The position numbers and the translations under genes are program-made. Source: Takakia lepidozioides (taxonomy: Eukaryota; Plantae; Bryophyta). From it: DNA of 64,000 nt. This document shows, one piece after another, positions 63,475 through 64,000 of this stretch (the stretch's first letter is position 1; each line of letters begins with the position of its first letter). The notes below the pieces were generated by a model. That model was not told where the DNA came from, did no database searches, and saw only the letters and a program-made list of their open reading frames with translations. Location: positions 10,416,001 through 10,480,000 of the forward strand of contig CM060732.1 of the NCBI GenBank assembly GCA_030704615.1, read 5' to 3'.

Positions 63475-64000
63475 GAGGTTTACTATTTCATGAGCGCATG
63501 AGCCCATGAGCCCATGAGCCTATGAGCTCATGAGCGGACATCCGCGGAATTGGAATTTTCCTGCCTTTATTGACGGTGTTATGTCCTCTTACCTCGGTAA
63601 TAGGGTCTATTTCTCCTGGTCCAGGATGCGGAATGAGGTATTTCGGCGCCGTTATTCCCAAGAGCAGTGTGCTAAAATGGTGTTTTGAAGACATCCACCG
63701 GGGTATTTCGGCACCGAAATTACCTCTTAAAATGTGATATAGTGTGGTATTTAATGGCGCAAAACGGGATATTTGGGCGCCGAAATACCCAAGTGGAATG
63801 TGCTGAAGTGCCTTGTGCTGAAGGCTTCCATCGTGATATTTTGGTACAGTAATTCATCCGCGGAATTTTTGAGGCCCATATAACGAAGGCGCGCATTGGG
63901 CTATTTCGGCGCCAAATTTCCCAATAGGAATGTTAGAAACGGCAGGGTTTTCATGGCTTCAAGTTCTCGGCTCGATGGTGTGCATAAATTACTTGTAGGG
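63475..64000. mobile_element. Terminus of a further Mutator-like element (subfamily C), running off the window
   Basis: GAGGTTTACTATTTCATGAGC followed by (C/T)ATGAGC repeats and palindromes of the type GGTATTTCGGCGCCGAAATACC (about 63638, 63702, 63766, 63900). Confidence 0.8.

Overview
Eukaryotic nuclear DNA from a land plant, most likely a non-seed plant of bryophyte or lycophyte grade. The evidence is short spliceosomal introns, PLS/DYW-class PPR genes and a SUT4-type sucrose transporter. Only two genes look intact: an 8-exon RS-rich splicing-related gene (7413-14415, -) and an intronless sucrose transporter (20399-22021, +). The rest is nested, decayed mobile DNA and PPR pseudogenes: four members of a Mutator-like (MULE) family with CATGAG-repeat termini and palindrome arrays, three LINE lineages, a tRNA-derived SINE and Ty3/gypsy fragments. 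The strongest novelty candidates are three chromatin/nucleic-acid modification modules found in mobile DNA. (i) A LINE ORF2 has a chromodomain and a PCIF1/CAPAM-like amino-methyltransferase domain after the RT (48030-51885). (ii) A MULE cargo gene has ParB-like and permuted methyltransferase-like segments next to subfamily-specific 22-bp palindrome arrays (32220-35990). (iii) A spliced gene appears to fuse ParB-like, permuted methyltransferase-like and FCP1/NIF phosphatase domains (36286-48027). All domain calls are by-eye motif recognition and need HMM or structure confirmation; all three copies here are pseudogenised.
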